DNA from: Gemmatimonadota bacterium
GTDB lineage: Bacteria; Latescibacterota; UBA2968; UBA8231
Assembly (NCBI GenBank): GCA_038128265.1
Contig: JAYPJE010000003.1
Span: forward strand, 32,001 to 96,000
Length of the DNA: 64,000 nt
Direction of reading: 5' to 3'
A program made the translations under genes and the position numbers. Of the stretch, positions 59,336 to 64,000 are shown in pieces (the first letter of the stretch is position 1; each line of letters opens with the position of its first letter). The notes beneath the pieces are model-generated. The model worked only from the letters and a program-made list of their open reading frames with translations, ran no database searches and was not told the DNA's origin.

Positions 59336-61207
59336 ATGGAGAAACTGGTTTGGCTTATTCTATTCACGCTGGGCTACTGGGGTTACTGCATATTCTGGGG
59401 CATAAAGGGCGCGCGCGCTAGCAAAACGGCAAGCGACTACTTTATCGCCGGGCGCAGCATCGGGCTATGGGTATTCGTGCTGGCTGCCACTGCAACGTCT
59501 TTTAGCGGCTGGACCTTCGTTGGCCACCCCGGCACGATATACAAGGTCGGCCTTCCCTACGCCTTCGCCTCGTTTTACGCCATCACTATTCCATTCACCG
59601 GCGTTCTATTCCTCAAGCGGCAGTGGCTCTTGGGCAAGCGCTTTGGCTATATAACCCCGGGCGAAATGTTTAGCGACTACTATCGCAGCGACGCCATGCG
59701 CCTGCTGACCGTTGTCGTGGCCATGGTATTCAGCGTTCCGTATCTCGGCGTCCAACTCAAAGCATCGGGCCTGCTGTTCAACCGCCTGCTGGCGGGCACG
59801 CCCATGGAGCACACCGTATTCGCTTCTGTCGAAGGCGGCGCCATTATGCTGTCCATCGTGGTTTTTATCTACGTGGCCTCCGGCGGCCTGCGCTCCGTCG
59901 CCTACGTCGACTGCGCCCAATGCATCCTGCTTGCGCTCGGCATCGTCGCGCTCGGCATGATCACCCTCGACCTGGTTGGCGGCTGGCAGGCATTTAAGGA
60001 TGGGCTGGCTTCCCTAGCTCAGCAAAAACCCGATATGGTTGCCATACCAACCCGTCCCGAGTCGACGTCCTTTCTCGAGCGCGCCGGCACGCTCTTTTTC
60101 GACAGCGCAGGCGGGCCGTGGACGGGGTTGATGATTCTCACCTATATGTTCGCACTCATGGGCATCCAGTCGGCACCGGCCTTTTCCATGTGGGCCTTTG
60201 CCAACCGCGACCCCGGCCCCTTCCCTTGGCAGCAGGTATTTGCCTCGTCGCTAGTCATCGGCGGCATCATGTTTTTTTTCACCGCCGTTCAAGGCCTGGG
60301 TGGGCGCATTCTCGACATGGGCCTGTTGCCCGATACGACGCCGCTCAACCTGCCGTCTTCCGACTATTTGGTGCCCTATCTCATCGATACATTATCGGCC
60401 CATTTCCCCTGGTTTCTCGGCCTCTTAGCCGTCTGTGCACTGGCGGCCATGCAGTCGACCGGCGCCGCCTATATGTCCACGGCCAGCGGGATTATTACCC
60501 GCGACCTCTACCGCCATTTTTTTAATCGAGAAGCGTCGCAGAAGGCACAGGTGCTGGTGGGGCGCGTCACCGTAGGAGTCGTCGTCAGCCTAGCGCTGCT
60601 GGTTGGGCTCGCATCGGGCGACCTGCTCGTCCTACTGGGCGGACTGGCCGTTTCGTACGGCTTTCAAATGTGGCCTGCCCTGCTCGGCATCTGCTATATC
60701 CGCTTTTTCACCGGCAAGGGCGTAGCGTGGGGATTAGCGGCCGGACTGACGGCCGTCACCGTTACCTACATAACCGAATTGGGCGGCTTGATCGGCATTG
60801 GTCGCTACCCGCTGACGCTGCACAGCGCCGGCTGGGGTATTCTCTTCAACCTGATCGTCACGACGCTCGTCAGCGCGTTGACACAGGGCGAGGAAAACGG
60901 CGCGGCGCACCGCGGTCGCTATCACGATTTCCTTCGCGAGCACACCGGCCTACCTCCAGAAAAGAAAAAGTGGAAAGGCCCCATTTGGCTCCTAACTATC
61001 GTCTGGTTTCTCTTCGCCATCGGCCCCTTCGCCGTGCTCGGCAATGAAACCAATCCGTCCGACTGGCCGCTTGGCATTCCCACGATATGGATCTGGCAAA
61101 TTGTCTGGTGGATTGTGGGCTGCCTTATGATGTACCTGCTGGCATTTAAGCTAGAAATGTCCACTGTGCCACGGCGTCCAGTAGAGCCCATCGCACAAGA
61201 CGACTAG
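59336..61207 (+). CDS. Sodium:solute symporter (SSS family)
   Basis: DYFIAGRS, ATSFSGWTFVG, GGLRSVAY, AAMQST; many TM helices. Confidence 0.92.
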   Translation: MEKLVWLILFTLGYWGYCIFWGIKGARASKTASDYFIAGRSIGLWVFVLAATATSFSGWTFVGHPGTIYKVGLPYAFASFYAITIPFTGVLFLKRQWLLGKRFGYITPGEMFSDYYRSDAMRLLTVVVAMVFSVPYLGVQLKASGLLFNRLLAGTPMEHTVFASVEGGAIMLSIVVFIYVASGGLRSVAYVDCAQCILLALGIVALGMITLDLVGGWQAFKDGLASLAQQKPDMVAIPTRPESTSFLERAGTLFFDSAGGPWTGLMILTYMFALMGIQSAPAFSMWAFANRDPGPFPWQQVFASSLVIGGIMFFFTAVQGLGGRILDMGLLPDTTPLNLPSSDYLVPYLIDTLSAHFPWFLGLLAVCALAAMQSTGAAYMSTASGIITRDLYRHFFNREASQKAQVLVGRVTVGVVVSLALLVGLASGDLLVLLGGLAVSYGFQMWPALLGICYIRFFTGKGVAWGLAAGLTAVTVTYITELGGLIGIGRYPLTLHSAGWGILFNLIVTTLVSALTQGEENGAAHRGRYHDFLREHTGLPPEKKKWKGPIWLLTIVWFLFAIGPFAVLGNETNPSDWPLGIPTIWIWQIVWWIVGCLMMYLLAFKLEMSTVPRRPVEPIAQDD

Positions 61208-61222
61208 CGGCGGGTCTGTACG

Positions 61223-62917
61223 GTGGCTCCGTTGGGTCTTCGCCTGATCCTGCCCCCGGCGCTCACCGCGCTGGTCTGCGCCCTACTGCCCGAGCGCGGG
61301 GGAACCGACGGGTGGAGCCTATTTCCGCCGCTGCTGGCTATTCTCGTCGCCGTGGCATCGGGCCGCCTTGTATGGGGTCTGTGCCTGGCGCTGTTGTGCG
61401 GCGCTCTTATCGCCCAGCCTGTCGATGTGCCGTTCTATGCGCTGCCCGTACACGCGCTATACACGGCGATCGTCGACTTTGTGTGGACTCCCCTACGCGA
61501 CTCTTTCCAACTCTATATCCTGGGATTTACCGCATCGCTCATCGGCATGGTGCGCGTCGTTTCGCTAGCCGGCGGCACGCGTGGCATCGCCGAACTACTC
61601 GTGCGTCGAGCGGCGGGAGCGCGCTCGACGCGCCTGGCCACAGCGCTGCTTGGAATGGCCATTTTTTTTGATGACTACGCCAACACCATTGTCGTTGGCA
61701 CGACAATGCGCCCCATTACCGATCGGTTTCGTATCAGCCGCGAGAAGCTGGCGTACTTAGTCGATTCGACGGCTGCACCCGTCGCCGGCGTCGCCATTAT
61801 CAGCACCTGGATCGGTTTTGAGGTAGGCCTCTTTGAAGACGCAATGAATAGCCTGGGAACGAATATATCTGGCTACGAGCTTTTTTTTCGCGCCCTGCCC
61901 GCGCGTTTCTACTGCTTGCTGACGCTGTTTTTTGTTCTCGTATCGACTCTTATGCAGCGCGATTTCGGCCCCATGCTGCGGGCTGAGCGCCGCGCCCAAC
62001 GACACAATCAACCGCTGGCGCCGGGCGACCAGCCCATGACCGGCGAAGAGAGCACCGTCCCCGAACACCCCGATCTCGAGGCCCATTGGTCTGTCGCCGC
62101 CCTGCCCGTAGGCTTGGTCGTCTTTGCCGTGCTCGCCGGCATGCATTGGGATGCGCGCGAGGCCGAAGCCGTCATCGCTGCACGCAATGAGCATTCCTTT
62201 TTCAGCAGGAGTTATTGGACCGCCGTTTTTTCCAACGCCGACGGCGCCAAAGTCATGTTCTTGTCTTCTCTGGCCGGGTCGATGCTGGCCTTTGCCCTGG
62301 CGCGCACGCGACGCAGCACCGTCGACGGTAATCGACCGCTGTCGATGGCTGCCATTCTCCGCACTTGGGCGTCGGGCATAACGGGCTTTTACTATGCCTT
62401 GCTCATTCTCGTGCTGGCCTGGGCGATCAAAGAAATGTGCCAAGCCGTGCACACCTCAGATTACCTAGTCGGAGCGCTAGAAAACGTTCTCGACCCGCAC
62501 TTTCTTCCAATCATCGTCTTTGCGCTAGCGGCAGCCGTCGCCTTTTCCATTGGCACTTCCTGGACCACGATGGCCATCCTGCTTCCGACCATGATTCCCG
62601 TCGCTTACCAACTCGGCGATCTGGCGCTGGCCGTGCTCGTTGCAGCCGCCGTGCTCGATGGAGCCATCTTCGGCGACCACTGCTCGCCGCTGAGCGACAC
62701 GACCGTTCTCTCGAGCATCGCCGCTTCCTGCGACCACATCGCCCACGTGCGCACGCAGGCGCCGTATGCCCTTACAACGATGGCGATCGCCGCGACCTTT
62801 GGCTATCTGGGCAGCACGCTATTCTATTCAACTGTTGTGGGATTACTGCTGAGCATGGTTACCGTCGTTATCGCACTGCTCGTCGTCGGTCGCAGTCCGG
62901 ACAGCGAGTCATCGTAG
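61223..62917 (+). CDS. NhaC-family Na+/H+ antiporter-like transporter
   Basis: IFFDDYAN, ISREKLAYLVDSTAAP, GTSW, GAIFGDHCSPLSDTT, HVRTQAPY. Confidence 0.92.
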   Translation: MAPLGLRLILPPALTALVCALLPERGGTDGWSLFPPLLAILVAVASGRLVWGLCLALLCGALIAQPVDVPFYALPVHALYTAIVDFVWTPLRDSFQLYILGFTASLIGMVRVVSLAGGTRGIAELLVRRAAGARSTRLATALLGMAIFFDDYANTIVVGTTMRPITDRFRISREKLAYLVDSTAAPVAGVAIISTWIGFEVGLFEDAMNSLGTNISGYELFFRALPARFYCLLTLFFVLVSTLMQRDFGPMLRAERRAQRHNQPLAPGDQPMTGEESTVPEHPDLEAHWSVAALPVGLVVFAVLAGMHWDAREAEAVIAARNEHSFFSRSYWTAVFSNADGAKVMFLSSLAGSMLAFALARTRRSTVDGNRPLSMAAILRTWASGITGFYYALLILVLAWAIKEMCQAVHTSDYLVGALENVLDPHFLPIIVFALAAAVAFSIGTSWTTMAILLPTMIPVAYQLGDLALAVLVAAAVLDGAIFGDHCSPLSDTTVLSSIAASCDHIAHVRTQAPYALTTMAIAATFGYLGSTLFYSTVVGLLLSMVTVVIALLVVGRSPDSESS

Positions 62918-62930
62918 AACAACCCCCACC

Positions 62931-63422
62931 CTACCAGCTAGACGTGCTGCGATCAATCAACTCCTCGACGACCATATCCAGCGCCTTTTCGATCGCCGGA
63001 TCGCGCCCCTCCGCATCGGAGAGCGCCGCGTCGTAGGTGCCCCACCCTTCCATGGGCTCGAAGTCGATCAGCACCTCTTCGTCAAGCGTGCGCACTAGCT
63101 GACCGCTCACGCGCAGGAGAAAGCGATACTGCTCGGTCTGCTCTGCGGACGTATAGGTAAACGGCTTGTCTTCCACGCGCAGCACGACCATCTGCAGCAG
63201 GGCGTCGGCACTCTCCTCATCGACGACGCGCAGGCGCCCGTCGCGCGTATAGGCATTGACGGCGCGCTCGCTGAGCGCTTCGGCTATATCGAACTCGGCC
63301 GTCTGACTCTCTGCAATCGGTACGCCGATGCTGCGAATTCCACCGACTAAACCGCCCGACGTAGAGTAGTGAGCACAGCCAATTGACAGCGCCACCAGCG
63401 CCGCCAACAGTCTATTCGCCAT
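62931..63422 (-). CDS. lptE: LptE-like LPS-assembly lipoprotein
   Basis: Start ATG 63422; lipobox SIGC followed by YS; IRSIGVP, ADALL, terminal W. Confidence 0.65.
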   Translation of the reverse strand: MANRLLAALVALSIGCAHYSTSGGLVGGIRSIGVPIAESQTAEFDIAEALSERAVNAYTRDGRLRVVDEESADALLQMVVLRVEDKPFTYTSAEQTEQYRFLLRVSGQLVRTLDEEVLIDFEPMEGWGTYDAALSDAEGRDPAIEKALDMVVEELIDRSTSSW

Positions 63423-63858
63423 CTCCGCTGGTCGCTTCCTCCGCTTCGGCCTCATCGACCAGCGACCGGGCGCGGTCGCCGACGGCTATGGGCTGCGCCT
63501 GCGGGCTGCCCACGCGCTCGCCCGAACGCACGTCGAGGCGCTGCCAACTGCTATGGCGCCCCACCGACTGCTCGGCCATCAGCGCACTCAGCGGCCGCGT
63601 ATCGCCTACGACCACCGCAGCTTCGGCCGGTGCCCGCACGGTGCACATATTCTCCTGCACGTGCGTGACGACGACGCGCGCTTTGACCACCTCCCAGTGC
63701 CCCAGGCTCTCACCGCTGTCGGGGTCGCGTATTTCGGCATGCTCGGCAAATACAACAAAGTCCATGCCCTCGCGCACGCCGCGCGTCAGCCCCGCATTGA
63801 TTACCAGGGTCGTATCGTCGATAATCGCCGCAACTTTTGCCTCAATTACAGTCTGCAT
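63412..63858 (-). CDS. Hypothetical protein, FlgT C-terminal-like beta domain
   Basis: LVINAG...GVREG..F......IRDPDSGESLG...ARVVVTHVQE and IAVGD patterns. Confidence 0.6.
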   Translation of the reverse strand: MQTVIEAKVAAIIDDTTLVINAGLTRGVREGMDFVVFAEHAEIRDPDSGESLGHWEVVKARVVVTHVQENMCTVRAPAEAAVVVGDTRPLSALMAEQSVGRHSSWQRLDVRSGERVGSPQAQPIAVGDRARSLVDEAEAEEATSGDGE

Positions 63859-63870
63859 ATTCCACGCTCC

Positions 63871-63904
63871 AAAAAAAAACCGGCCCGCCCGTGGGCGAAC
63901 CGGC
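63871..63904 (-). terminator. Rho-independent terminator
   Basis: Minus strand CCGGTTCGCCC-AC-GGGCGGGCCGG followed by T9. Confidence 0.75.
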
Positions 63905-63924
63905 TACAGCGTTACGCGCACTTG

Positions 63925-64000
63925 CTACTCTTCTTCCCATCCCGCAACCTGGGCCACTTTTGCGTCGGCATCGCGCAGCACGTGATCGAGTAAAAAATCC
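63925..64000 (-). CDS. C-terminal fragment of a CDS entering from the right edge
   Basis: Open frame ...DFLLDHVLRDADAKVAQVAGWEEE-stop, followed by a terminator. Confidence 0.5.
   Translation of the reverse strand, partial: DFLLDHVLRDADAKVAQVAGWEEE

Noticed and set aside
1..64000. CRISPR arrays, IS elements, prophage or defence genes
   Set aside because: No regularly spaced repeats and no transposase, integrase or phage motifs recognised. The XRE-HTH gene has no adjacent toxin.

Overview
GC-rich, gene-dense bacterial chromosomal window with about 54 CDS and one tRNA-Thr(UGU). I saw no rRNA, CRISPR array, transposase, integrase or prophage. Gene content suggests a diderm heterotroph, possibly FCB-group/Latescibacterota-like (inference only). 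Housekeeping genes: carB, pyrK, pyrD, nnr, galU, uvrB, dnaK, mug, pgi, gnd, crcB, dsbD, aroA, rarA, gdhA, lptE. Other modules: a sulfite/nitrite reductase with an unknown partner and a ferredoxin; a TPP E1 alpha/beta pair plus SDR; and scattered sugar and sulfate catabolism genes. Strongest leads: (1) a stand-alone dnaK preceded by a complete sigma-54-type promoter (tandem enhancer-like sites, IHF-like site, -24/-12 box); (2) a YfiR sensor coupled to a HisKA_2 kinase and a degenerate hybrid kinase instead of a diguanylate cyclase; (3) a MerR-HTH/receiver fusion with a palindromic promoter spacer; (4) a PncC-like/NadD-like fusion in the nnr operon; (5) a siroheme reductase that keeps four Cys in both repeats; (6) a TPR-TonB lipoprotein inside the pyrimidine operon, behind a possible attenuator. 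All family assignments come from motif recognition by eye, not database searches. Several starts were trimmed from the ORF track.
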